A stretch of DNA of 64,000 nucleotides. Origin: Orbicella franksi (taxonomy: Eukaryota). Position 1 is the first letter of the stretch, and each line of letters opens with the position of its first letter. A program made the position numbers and the translations under genes. The stretch lies in assembly GCA_964199315.1 (NCBI GenBank), contig OZ116701.1:14632001-14696000 (forward strand). The letters are read 5' to 3'. Positions 25,301 through 38,152 of this stretch are shown in pieces. Under the pieces are notes generated by a model. That model made no database searches. It was not told the origin of the DNA and saw only the letters and a list, made by a program, of their open reading frames with translations.

Positions 25301-28300
25301 AACAGCAATTATTATACATTGTAGTCACCATCTGTCTTCTCATTGGCTAAAAGCCTACAGTTATTCTGGGACACAGTGCAACCTACAGATTATTCACTAA
25401 TCTGCTAGCAGATTAGTGAATAATGTGTAGGTTGCGTGTACAGTGCATGATTTCCAAGAGTAATATCAAGTTCACGTAAGAAAATGGCTTGTTGAAAATA
25501 AAGTGTGTTTGTCGTTATTTTCTTCATAACAATGTATAATAATACAATTATGAGATTCGGTTTTTGTGACATCCGAAATAATAAAGGTCTCAGTTAGTGT
25601 TATCAGCTTCAGCCTTCGGCTTCGGATGATAACACTTACCTCAATCTTGATTATTCCGAAGCCTCATCCAATCTTTTTTGTGTCCACAAAGGTAAGACAT
25701 CCACTCGCACAGCACACCTCAAACTAGAGTGTAAAGATTCACTTTGCTTACCAGTACTCTCTCTTCAAAGAATGTGACATAGTTCAAAATGACCTCTTTT
25801 GCAGCTCCAGGGGATTCCTTGTAATATTTTGTCACTTTCTCAAGTGGCAATGATCTTTCTACAATTTCTTCAAAGTTCTTTAAAACTGCCCTTTCAGTAG
25901 AACCTAAGGGATAATAATTATAATAATTGTTATTATAATTATAATAACAGTTACTGCAATTCAAAAAGTAGTAATCAACAATATCTACGTATAAACAACG
26001 CTTGTTATAAAAATGAAAATAAATTAATTCTTCCTAATTATTAAGAATGCTGATAAAATGAGTAAGATACAAGTATATGGCAATGAACATCGATACCTGA
26101 AATAGATGCCACTTTTATGTTTGTTCTATCTATTTCTGTTTGCTGTCCTTTCCGTTCCTTTACAGTTGCTCTTGGAAATGCCTGCAAATTATCAGGACCA
26201 TAATCAGACAAAGCCTCATTCAACTTGTCAAGGCTTCCAACGCGACAAGCAAACAATCCCAAAGAGCCCAAAATTTGTTCACAATTTCTCATCTCACAAT
26301 GTAGAGAGCATAGGTTGATGGCACTTAGGTCTTCCTCCAGAAGGAAATTAAGATCATCTCGGATGCCTGAAGACCTATAAAGCAGAAAAAAGGAGAGCTT
26401 AAGTCTGGAAACTTCACCTGGGCATATCTGAAATTTGCTGCTTATGTCATTTCTTCACACTAGTCTCACCTTCCAATGTTTGCTTTAGATCTTAGGCAAT
26501 CCAAACAGGTTTCATCTACGTCAGCTCCATGACATTTACAAGCCTAAATACAAATAAAATTTGAAATTGTAACATTTTATTTCTTGAATACTTTAACATA
26601 GTGTTCAATTCAAATGTAAAAAAAATGCTGAATTGTTAATACTGGTAATTGCTATCAAGAAAATCAGATACACTCGTCTGACTACATGTTAGCTGCCAAT
26701 CATAATCATTTAATCATTATGTTTAGTGATTATCACTTGATGTATTCGGAAGATACATATTGTGATCAATTTATTGTTCTCTCAACTGCCCTATTCCATC
26801 AGGTGTTTTATATAGCAATTAAAGATATCAGTCTTGATTGAATTACACTTTATGACCTACATGTACTAACTTTAAGTCTATTCCACAAAACATTTCGGCA
26901 AACAAAGTAAAGATCCCAGTCTGTGTTGTTTCTTTGGTTGTTTGCCTTGCTTTCTTTTTTTGAGTCAAACTATTTTTCTCTATTTGTTGCTTTCTTGCAT
27001 AATGGCAAATAAAATCAGGTTGTAGCCTATTCCTATTTTTTGGCAGATGCATTTCAGTATTTTTGGCTGACAGCAGACTGGTTAATGATATTACAGGTAA
27101 GTAAAAAATAAACAAACGTAAGTACTCTGATAGCATCATAAAATACACAAAATTCCACGTCATATCCTTTGGCTCCAACTTTGAAATCTTGATCATCTTT
27201 CTTCTTCAGTAGAAGTAGCAAGGCCTTGTAATCAATAGTCACTGCATGAAGAACAGGAAATTTAGGAAACATTTAAATGGATTACACACAGGCAAATTAT
27301 TGTTCATGACACATGTACATAGATAAAGAGTGGTATCATGTTCCTTTGTCAAATCCATATTAATGAACATTAATTGAAAAATAACATTGACATTGATGGT
27401 TGTTGTTAGGGCAACACGATCATGAGTATGCATTTTGCATGCATGCATTATTTCTGTGTGCAAAAATGCAGATTTCAGGAAATTCAACTGATAGACAGCT
27501 TAAGTATGTATTAAACATTATAAATCATAATGATTCTTAATTTTGCAGGTTTATATAAAGTACTAGTTTATACCCTTGCCTTTGTATCTCTTGAATTACT
27601 TGTGAAAGAAATTTTATACTTTTTCCATCCACCCACATGCCATATTTTGTAATAGCATTCTTTTGATAATTTAGATTCCTGAGTACCTGCTTTGAATTCA
27701 ACCTAACAAAAAACCAACGTCAGCATCATTAGCATTCTGCAGTGGACTACTATCGGCACAATTTTCAAGCCTGTTATGACTATTAATCTTATAGCCAACC
27801 AAGCATGCACATTGAACACTAAGAATAATTTCTGTTAGCAATAATATGCTCCTGTGATCGACCACCCCAAGCACATTTTTGAGCAAAAATGTTTGAGAAC
27901 TATGAGGGACATTACAGCACTAAAGGCTGCCAATGTTTGCAAAGAAGTGAAGAGAGAAGCCTGGAACTGTGAACTAAAACTCCAGGCAAGAGCACAGGCT
28001 CGGAGCAAGTTGTAAAGATCAAATCAGGGTCAAACTTGAAGAGGACACACGAACATGAAATATCAGGGTCTATTAAGGGTTTCCAGAAGTGTCAGAGAAG
28101 GTCAAAGTACTGTACACTGAATTTTACACTTGCATCCTAAAAATGTTGTTAATGACCTGGAAAGTCAGCAACCTCTGGCCATTAAGTACCACATACGCTA
28201 AAAAGTTGATCATCTTTTATATGTTTGTCTGTACATATTTTGTTGTTTATATGTTGGTTACAATGGCAAAAAAGATAACCCCCATTGACACCCACATTTA

Positions 28301-28598
28301 AAATGATTTAAAAGATCCTAAGGATGGAGTTTGAGAGGAAAACAAGTCAGAAGGTATCATACATGTAAGTAACTGAGAAAGTAGTTTTATTAATTATTTC
28401 TGAATTAAAAGCAAGAATTCTAGCTAAACAATTTTCTTTATGTTTAATTTGGAATCTTATTTTTTTGGAGGCTTGATCATAGAATATCAATCATATTCAA
28501 TATAAATTGCCTAATTAGTTATAGGAACATCATTTTGAGTGATATATTAAAAAAAAAAAGAAATAAAAGGTTTAGTTCATACAATAATGTGTACGAAA

Positions 28599-31500
28599 GG
28601 CTGGTTTTCACTAGAGCATAAGCACAAGGACAAGCATAAGCATAAGCACTAGAGAAAACAGCCGCAGAAATCCTGCTCCCAAAGTGCAATCGACTCCTTT
28701 TCCGCATGGCTTTTGGCCTGGTCGGAATACGAACGAATAATTGTGCTTGCCAATCCTCACCGCAACGGCGAAATGGCCAAATATTGCATTATTCACCAAG
28801 GGAGGCGAAAATTTATCTGGTCAGCGGTCTATGCCTACGATGTCCGCTTTCAGCAGGAATCTGCTAGAGTAGGGGGCCAGTGCTTTGATATTCTCGACCA
28901 CTCCTTGTACATGACCACACTTGACGCCACTGCCCTAAGGAAGGATGCCAAACAATTTTTCCGTTGTGAATCTTTTGATCATGAGACCAGGGAATGTCCC
29001 TTTCTCCAGGCCTCCATGCTGGGGACACCGGTGCAGAAAAAGAGCCCTTCGAACCCACAAGGAACCTATTGTCCTGCCCAACCATGGAAGCTGGAAAAGC
29101 GGTTCCATGACAACCGCGAAGAGTGCAGCCTGTTCCAATGGCATGCCTGCAATCTGGGTACAGGGTGCAAACGGGCACACGTATGCAAAGCCTGCCGAGG
29201 GCACCATGCCCTGGCAGATTGCACACAATCTGCCTGAACCCTGGTCCCCATTCTTTGTAGCCAAGTGGAGTGCAGCACTCGTCAACCATCCAGACAACGC
29301 CTTCGTCGAGGCACTCCTTCATGACATCACGCACGAGGTAGAATTTGGCTACAGTGGACCGACAATATTTCAATCCTACCCCAATCACCCTTCTGCGCTG
29401 GACGCCAGCGAACACATCAAAGAATTAAACCGGGAACTCGACCTCAATCCCATGGCTGGTCCATTCCTTTCTCCTCCAACTCGCAACTTTGTCAGATCGC
29501 CGATGGGCGCGGTACCCAAAAAGCGCTCAAATCCTCTGAAATACCAGGTCATCCATGACCTCTCGTGGCCACAGGGCCATTCTGTTAACGATTTTATCCC
29601 AGCGGAACGTTTCCATTGCCAATATGACACTCTCGATCGGGCCATCTCTCTCCTCAAGCAAGCTGCCACAGAGCCATGATGGCTAAAGTGGATTTATCGG
29701 ATGCCTACCGGCATATCTTGGTCCGCCCAGAGTACTGGGAACTGGTCAGCTCCACCTGGCCAATCTACGTCAATGGTGAACTGACAACCAGCTATTTTGT
29801 TAACCTATTCCTCCCGTTCGGCGCTCGCAGTGCGCCTGCTCAATTTCTCTGGTATGCTGATGCCCTCAATTTCTTTATGCACGACCGAGGGGCAGATCCT
29901 GTCTGGAACTATATGGATGACTTTTTCACATGCGACTCCGCCACCTCACCATGTGCTCGAAACCTGGACATTACAACACAAACTTGCGTTGACCTCGGCT
30001 TTACCCTTAACCCTTCTAAACTTGTGCACCTGTCAACTTGCCTTACCCTACTGGGCATAGAAATTGACTCCATTTGTCAAGAGACACGGATTGAGTCATC
30101 ATGTCTAAATGATACCCTTGCTCTCCTGGCGGCATGGGAGGGTCAGTCTCATTGCACTAAATGCCAGCTTCAAGCGCTTCTCGGCACCCTGAACTTTGTT
30201 TGCAATGTGTGTCGCCTGGGTTGCACTTTCAGCATCGTCTTGTCGATCTTCTCAGCAAGGCCCGTTCTCCGTCACACCACATACGTCTCACCCGTCAGAG
30301 CAAACAGGACATCCGTTGGTGGTCTACCTTCCTTCCTCAGTGGAATGGCAAATCGCTCTTCTACGATGATTTCTGGTCCACCAGCCTATCTTGTCACCTG
30401 TTCACTGACGGCTGCAAACACTCCTTTGGTGCATTTTTTAATGGTGCCTGGTTCTGTAGTACGTTTAATGCATGCCAGGTCCCTGTTCGCCTTTGTATTG
30501 CCTTCAAAGGGCTGTATGCCATCGCGGCCACACTCTCTGCATGGGACCCCTCTCTGTGTGGGAAATGCCTGATGTTTCACTGTGACAATGAAACAATCGT
30601 TACGATTATTTGAAAGGGCTCCAGCAAATGCTCACATATAATGGCCCTCCTACGCTACATGTTCTTCGTGTGTGCGAATAACTGTATTGAGATTTCGGCC
30701 GTGCACATCCCAGGCTCCCAGAATTGTACTGCTGACGCTTTATCTTGCTTCCAGCTCAACAGGTTTCATCACCTCTTACCACAGGCAGACCAACAGCCTA
30801 CACCCATCCCAATCATCAACTGGAAGCGCTTCAAGTGAAAGCAAAGCAGTATTCCACCCACGGCCTCGCCGACTCCACGCAACGAACTTACAGTGCCCCT
30901 CAACGCCAGTACCTTGCCTTTTGTTCCCGGCTGGACCTTTCTCTGTTCCCAGCCTCCAAGCAGACGCTGATGCTTTTCATCACCGAGTTAGCGAGCAGAA
31001 TTCAGCTGCAATCTATATCCATGTATCTCTCTGCCATACGTGCCCTTCATATTGCCCATGGCTATCCCAACCCACTCGACGACATACTGCAATTTCGTCA
31101 GACTGTCCCAGGAATAAACAGATTACATGGGATCACAGCCAAGCAAAAACTAGTCATCACCACAGAACTGCGCGGCGACATGAAGCAATTCATTTCCCTC
31201 AGCTCTCGTGACGATTACGTAAAGTGGTCTGCCATGGTCACCAGGCATTTTTTTTCCTGCTCAGGTGTGGCGAGTTTACCATCTTACACCCAAAAGATTT
31301 CCATCCCGATCGGCACCTTACTCTTCTGATGTTCAATTTCGTACCTCGCCCAATGGTACCAAGTTTATCGCCCTCAGGCTTAAAACTTCTAAGACGGATC
31401 AGTTTTGGAGATCCCACACTCTCTTCTCCGGACACAGCAAAAGTGACATCTGCCCTGTCTGCTGCCTTCAAACGCTAATACGCCATTATAACCCAAGCTC

Positions 31501-32185
31501 ACATGACTACAATACAACCCCTCTGTTAGCACTACAAGACGGCTCCCCCCTAAGCCGCCCATGTCTCTTATCATTCTCTTCTTCATGTCTTCGCCTGCTG
31601 GGAATCGACCCCACCCTCTTCGGTGGACACAGCTTCCGAATTTGGGACGCCACTTCTGCCAATGCTGGCATTCCAGACCATCTCATCAAAACCATCGGGC
31701 ACTGGTCCTTGGACTGTTGTCAATGTTACATTTGTACTCCACTGAACTCTCATTTCGACTTCAGAAACTCTGGCTAAACCACCAAATGTTCCCTATGTGT
31801 ATGCAAGTTTTACTTACTTGCCTTAATTAACTTTATTATTAGTTTGGGCTAACCTTCTCTTTGGGCAGTATATAGGTTGTCCTATTAAACTGTCTTTCGT
31901 AGCCCAACTCGCGTGTTTTGTTTGCGTTTGCATGTATAATATGAATACTGTTACATTAAGAAGAATGAACACACTTATTTGTCTTGTACTGTTTTCACTA
32001 ATAATGCACTCCACATAAGCTGGATCATGTTACTAGTGAAAACGGCACAAGACAAATAAGTGTGTTCATTAATTCTTATGTTTCTGCTTATGCTTAATAT
32101 GTTTAATACATGTATGTCCCAGCTGTTTTCACTTGTGCTTATGCATATGCTTGAGCTTGTGCTAATGCTCTAGTGAAAACCAGCC
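28599..32185. mobile_element. Harbinger-like MITE ends bracketing a DIRS-group cassette
   Basis: ~30-bp TIR GGCTGGTTTTCACTAGAGCATAAGCACAAG at 28599 and its near-perfect inverted copy ending 32185. Internal 37-bp-stem hairpin at 31964-32070. Confidence 0.7.
28660..31800 (+). mobile_element. DIRS/Ngaro-group tyrosine-recombinase retroelement, decayed, ends missing
   Basis: gag C-terminus with Cys/His finger (28713-29237); RT KVDLSDAYRHI and YMDDFF; RNase H LFTDG and FHCDN; YR LLRCGEF and GHSFRI. No methyltransferase seen. Confidence 0.88.
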
Positions 32186-34061
32186 TTAATTGTTTTGTGC
32201 ACACACAAAAAAAGAAAATGGGGACAGCTTTAGTTAGAACTATTACTAGTTTATAGTTGTTTCATTTATCATGATACCTGATTTAAGTGCTACTAACCTT
32301 TTTTCTTTACAGTTCCCTATTGCAATGGGGTAAATTGACAATGCACTCTCAGAACTCTTGTTGTCAAAATTAATGGGTGCCAGTCATACAGCCACTTGAT
32401 CTTACCTATTTTGATTGAATACAAAAACGCATATATAAATAAGCAGCTTTTATGAAACATATTTCCAAACATATATAGTTATACTTTTGAAATAATTATT
32501 ACTAGATAATTATTTTATACATTAAAGATGATTTCCAGTCTATACTGTGCAGACTAATGAGTCCTGTACAAAAGAATAATGCCTATTTCCCAAATGAATA
32601 CAGTCAATATTTTTGCATCTTTAAATGTAATATTATTATTATTCCATATTGAACAAAACTTAGCAGACCTACATGTATGCTTAAAGCCACCTTAAAGGAC
32701 AATTAAAATAACGCACACCTCCAAGGGGGCATCCATCAAGTTTTATGTTGAACTCTTTGTCTTCTGTGTCACATGAATGAAGATGCTGCTCCTTTATTGC
32801 CCACACAAGAACAGAACTAAGGTCAACATCACAAGCATCAAAATCTGCCTCACCAACTTTTGCAATTTTCAAAGTTTTTGATACCACAGTGAGCACTATT
32901 TTCTTTATGGCTTTGATTTTGTTCTTTGAAAGCAGTACAGGTGTGTCCTCAGATCTCTTAAGGAAAATTTAAAAAAAGTCAATGCATGTATATCTGTTTG
33001 GGACCCTCTTCCTTAAACACTTGCTGACATTATTTTAATAATTTCCCACCCTCATCCCTACATGCACCTCAAGATGAGAATGACAATCACAATCGCAAGA
33101 TAATTTAGGGTTACTTAGATTTAAATACTTATTCATCCATCACTATGGTTCGATTTATCATTATCACTTAAGCTTAACTAGAAGTTGTTTCAGTGAGCTT
33201 AAAGACGTACCCCACTCTTTCCCAGTCGAGTTAAGTTCAGCAATGTCTGCCATGCTGAATCAGGCAACTGTGTTTGTAACTTGAAATACACCCAGTCTGG
33301 AACATGCATGCTTTCAAATATATGCACTTGTGTATCTGGAGAGAGGAGCTGAGACAAGCCCTTCTTGGTACCATTTGATTCCATTACCAAGTCTATGACT
33401 TCTGAGATGGTATCCCGTACCTTTCCTCTCTCCTCACTTGTGCCACACAAAAAGGTGTTCCCCAGGACAGAAGCAATTGACTCATGGTACTTTTCAGAAA
33501 TGTCCTCCAGGGCAGCGTGAACCTCCCTGCATTTTTTAAGCACCAGCCGTTCTTGTTCGTGGATCCCAAATCTGGACAGATCTTTGTATCCTTGATTGAA
33601 CTACATGAGGAACTCGGGCATGATTTTGACGGCGTTGAGGAGAAACATGGGGAAGACAAATCGGAAAAGGATGAATCGTTCAAACTTGTTTCCATGAACG
33701 ACTTGAATTCTGCAATCTGAGCTTGAAGATCCTTGATCTGTATTTCAAGAGAGTCTATCTTCGCCGTTCTTTCAGCGAGCAAGGAACTGAGCTCCTCTGA
33801 ACTTTGGTGGATTTTCCCACCAAAAGAAATGTCTTCCGCGCGATCAGGGTCCAAATCATTGTCCAAATCCAATGTGATAGTCTAGCAGACCATGGATTGG
33901 CAGAAAACATGGCAAATTGATAAGACTGTGTGGTGGAATACCTTTGTGATGAATAAGGCCAGCAATTAAGCTGAACGTGGAAGCGACGAAGATGGTACTT
34001 GGCATTCTGTTGAACTTAACAACAACAAACACCAATTTGGCTGGTTGGAAGTAGCAAGGAA

Positions 34062-36762
34062 TGACAGGCCTACACGACTTCTAACAATGGAAACTTTTGA
34101 ACCATGTGCATAATCTTTGACCCCTTTATAATTTCGCTCTTACGAGTATGTCTTTAAGAGATTTCCTTCTTTCAAAAGATATGAGTGGTGGCTCTTTGAA
34201 AATTTGCCGTAGAGAAGGCTGGTTTTGTATCAAGTGCCATTTTTGCATTAAAACATGTTTGAGATTAGGCACTGACGGTTGATATTGTGTTACAAAAGGC
34301 AAGATATCTTTTCGGCTTTTGTATTTTTGTTGTAGTGCTGATCCCCTTTCTGTGAATTTGATATCTGATAGGAGTGTCCCAATCAGATTTTTTGGGTAAC
34401 CTCTAGCAAAGAGACGCGATTCGAATTTAATAATGTTCTCTTCAAATCTTGTTCTTGAAGAGTTAGTGCGTAAGAGTCTAAGAGCTTCTCCCTTCACGAA
34501 TCCTTTTTTGACACCCGGCAGGTGAGTAGAGGAAAAATGAGTGTATTGAAAGGTTTCAGTTGGCTTGAAGTGTTTTTTTATATTCAGGATGGATTGATCT
34601 CTGAATCGTTCACCTTTGCACACAACTGTATCCAGAAATGCAGTTTCAGTGTTGAAATTTCAGCTGTAAATTTGATTGTAGGGTGATGTGAGTTTGCTTG
34701 TTTGATGAACTCATCTATATCACATTTGCTGACATCCCATAAAGAAAAAATATAGACAATATATCATTTCCAAATTGTAGGTTTTACGATGCTATTGCTA
34801 AGAATATGTGTCTCGATATCAGCCATAAACATATTTGCAAAAGCAACGGCCATTTTAGTACCAATGGCGGTACCGTGGATTTGAAGATAATTCTTACCAT
34901 TGAATTGGAAGGAATTCTCTTCAAGGATAGGTCTTAGCATTTCTCTGATATATTGTGTGGGGATTGGAGGGTTATTTTTATGAAAGTTTTCGTATGCCCT
35001 GCATACTGTAGTTATATCCTTCTCTTGTGGTATATTCATATATAGACTAGTCACGTCCATAGATACAAGGAATGCGTTTACTCTCACTTTCGTGTTTTCA
35101 ATGAAATTGATAAAATCTGTAGTGTCTTTAAGATAAGATGTTTGTGATATGGAAATAGGCTGAAGTAATGTGTTAACAAATGCTGATATTCTTTCCATAG
35201 GCTCATTGCAGCCTGAGATAATTGGTCTTCCTACTAGAGTAGGTTTGTGGATCTTCGTAAGGGTGTAGAATTCCAGAATGCGTGGTGGATTTGGTGTTCG
35301 AGATAACCACTTTCTAGTCATGTCATCAATGTAGTTGTCACGGTGTAGTTCTGAAATCAAGCGTGACACTGTGGTGTGTGTTCTTTTACCATAGGTTTGT
35401 CAAGAGGCTTGTAACTATGTAGGTCATTGATTAGTACTTGGCCCTCTTGTATTTTATCATTTTTATCCATGACTACCAGTGTGCTTCCCTTGTCTGCCTT
35501 TCTGAAATTAAGATCTTTGTTTTGTTTTAAAACACTTAATACTTTACGTTCTTTGCGTGACAAGTTTGGTTTTGGTCTGGTCACTTTTATCTCCGCGATT
35601 TGTAGTTTAACCTCTTCCAGGTAGGTTTCTAATGTTACTGATGGTTGGACTGGTGGTTCCCAGTTTGATTTGACATAGAATGGATGGATTGATTTGTTTT
35701 GCCCGTGAAAAATGTATTTTAAGCTCATTCGTCTGGCAAAATCGTTGTAATCTTGCAAGAGACGGTGTCGTATTTTATTTTTAGTGACTATGGCAGTCGG
35801 TATAAATTTCAATCCCTTGTATAGTAATTTAATTTTGTTATCTGTGAAATTCGTTTTGGATAGCTTCTTTATAAACCTGTCATTTTTTGTAAGTGAAGAG
35901 GTTAATAGTTTTCTGCGTACATTGCACTTTCTGGTTTTTATTTGTGTTTTTGTCATTTTTGATTTACCCTTACTTTCTTTTTGCTGTCTGTGTTAGTAGT
36001 GTGAGAACACTCAGTGAACAGACGTGTACTTTTCAACATCTTTATTGTTTACAATTTCTTTTAATGTTGACAGTAGAGTTGACACATTTTCAGAGTCCGT
36101 TCCTAGTATAGCTGCTAGGTTTTTTACACTGAGGTCAGCTTATGGCGGTTTAGGTTTGGATTTGTTCTTTAAGCCTCTCTCAGGAGTGCTTTCTCGTGGA
36201 GTTTTTCCTTTTTCCTTTCAAAGCTTATTTTTTTGTCTGTCGAGGCAGCAGTGTTTAAACTTAGCGAGTGAGGAAAGAAAACCTTGCTCTGCTTTTTGTT
36301 TGACCGCCTGAATGTCTTTTTTGAACTGTTCGTCTGGTGGGATATTCGCCTGCGCACTATAACGTAGTGATTTAGGACAGGTCTTATTGTCCAAGTGTTT
36401 CTGTAACTTATTTATGGACTCCTCAGTTCTTTTGATTTTTGCCTCCAGTGAGTATAGGCTTTCTGCTTCTGCTTTCTTTTCCTGTCACCTCCGTTTGTTT
36501 GGTTCTTCACTGCTATTGGTTTTCTGGGAGGTTGGTAGCTCGGTATTTCGTCCTCGTCCTTGGGTTCTGAGATGCCCTCAAACTGGTTGTCCGTGGAGCA
36601 TCCAGGACGGATATAGGTGTGTTTAGCGGGCTCATTTCAGACAATAGGTTGTCCTCCATGTCCATGATCATTTCAGCAAGCAATATGTGTGGTTTTTTAG
36701 CAAGACCGCGGTTTCGAATCTTCACGATTCTTGTCAGTTGCTATCTTCAACTTTTTATTTGG
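34062..36762 (-). mobile_element. Penelope-like retroelement inserted in RAG1-like exon 1
   Basis: RT FRKADKG, MDVTSLY, GTAIGTKMA, FKPTETFQY, GFVKGEALRLLR; ORF ends SLKDILVRAKL*. GGAA at both junctions (34058-34061 / 36763-36766). Confidence 0.88.
36698..36743 (-). ncRNA. Minimal type I hammerhead ribozyme, G8A variant
   Basis: UAGCAA CUGAcaA GAAUC-gugaa-GAUUC GAAA C-cgcg-G UC UUGCUA: 6-bp stem I, 5-bp stem II, palindromic short stem III, GUC cleavage triplet. Confidence 0.8.
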
Positions 36763-37828
36763 GGAACAGTAGAAATTGTCAGAAAATCTCCTAAATAACT
36801 CGTTTCTCAAAAAATTGCCGATCAGACACCACAAATTTCCTTCTTGAGGACATACCAATGCTTTTGAGGGTAAAGTGATGGACTTGTTACCCTTGAAAGA
36901 CTCGAAATGTTGAAATCTGACGGAGAGGCTCTGATCGAGTCGGCTGCCTCCATGTCTTCACTTCGAATAGTTAAGAAATCGAAACCATGATGCTATTGAA
37001 CTTTGAAAGTCCCGCCAAAGTAAAATATCTCTTAATAAGTACGAATTTAACTCAGGTATTCATCCGATCACTGCAGATCTGTACTAATCAAAAAGGACAA
37101 GAAAAGTGTACAACAGCAGCAATGTAAACAATAGTTAATTTGGCGCGGTACTGGAACCAAATTGATGCATTGCGTTACTCATGCTCATTTGTCACGTGGC
37201 AAAAGGCTGCAAATACAACCGTCTCGCAACAAGACTGCCTCTGCTCCTCTGCTCTAACACCCGGCCAATGAACACGAAAATACCCCGTGCAAGGTTAGCA
37301 TTCATCGCCTCAAGTCTCAGAGTCAAACAAAGACCTTTCACTGCTCCCAGTGGGAGCGAAGATGGAAGGATGTACACGGCAGGCTTTTTCAACAGTCGGG
37401 TTATGATAGTTGCAAGGAGACAAAGCAAATCAGGCAAAAATATGACAGTTTTTAAAAAAATGACGTGCTACCAAAGGTTCTCTGAAGTATGGTGTGCTTG
37501 TTTGACATTCGGCAAAAATAACTTAGTCAAGATAAAGATAAAAATATAGTCTATGAGAAATCTGGCATTACTTAATGAGGATGTAGGAATCAGCATTTTA
37601 TTCGTGTTAAAACATCGTACATTTTTTTAAAACTACATTAAATCTCTAAAATATTGGCAAAATGGTTGCCTCGAATGGCTTCGCGTTGCCTCGCGTTCAA
37701 TAAAGACGTCCCACGCAGATTCACGATGTCTGGTTATTATATTATGTTTCAGTGTAATTAATTTAATGACATCTACAAAACACCTTTCTCTCGCCTGCCG
37801 AAGCATCAGCTTACGGCGCCTGCTGAGA

Positions 37829-37856
37829 ATTTTTTTCTCGGGCAAAGCTCGTCATG
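37829..37856 (-). repeat. Right TIR of the RAG1-like element
   Basis: Reads CATGACGAGCTTTGCCCGAGAAAAAAAT on the minus strand. Confidence 0.9.
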
Positions 37857-38152
37857 TTAACAGAAGAGAAACCATTTGATGGGATACAAGTTATCTTGGT
37901 CGGGAAATTTCTTCAGCTCTTACCGGATGACTTGGGTGAAGGCATGTTCATGTTCCATTCGCCTCTTTTCCAAACTGGAATTTCACATCGCTTTGAGCTG
38001 GCAGAAGTCACGCACCAAGTTAACAAGGAATTCCTTTCTGCACTGCAAGAGACAAGGGTCAGTAAATGTTCTGACAAGATAGTGGAATGTTTGTGTTCTC
38101 TTTCAAGAGCGATTGGCAGTTTGGAGGAGACCACAAGTCACATATACTTTAA
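37857..38152 (+). pseudogene. PIF1-like helicase, middle piece
   Basis: KPFDGIQVILVGKFLQL..FMFHSPLF..HRFELAEVTHQ..HIYFK. Confidence 0.85.

Larger units (their letters stand above)
25752..36953 (-). pseudogene. RAG1-core/Transib-like DDE transposase gene, exons 1-8, GT-AG introns
   Basis: Exons 36953-33211 (split by Penelope), 32956-32719, 32405-32298, 27702-27600, 27241-27126, 26543-26470, 26374-26097 and 25903-25752 join with matching intron phases. Motifs: YFKLQTQLPDSAWQTLL, NIKLDG (D1), SIYPIAIGNCKE, TIDYKAL (D2), EFCVFYD, SLHCEMRN, ISGSTERAVL. Several 1-nt frameshifts and stops. Confidence 0.82.
12935..37856 (-). mobile_element. 24.9-kb RAG1-like/Transib-like DNA transposon with nested insertions
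   Basis: 28-bp TIR with 1 mismatch at both ends. Interrupts the PIF1 gene. Encloses a spliced RAG1-core-like DDE gene reading inward from the right end. Confidence 0.8.

Noticed and set aside
27780-28360. Antisense coding remnant in a RAG1-like intron
   Set aside because: Protein-like stretches but no recognisable motif or consistent frame.
25372-35373. CACAGTG/CACTGTG heptamer hits as RSS-like ends
   Set aside because: They are isolated, lie inside exons or other elements, and have no paired inverted copy; chance matches are expected.
37181-37549. Overlapping ORFs near the right TIR
   Set aside because: No recognisable domain on either strand.
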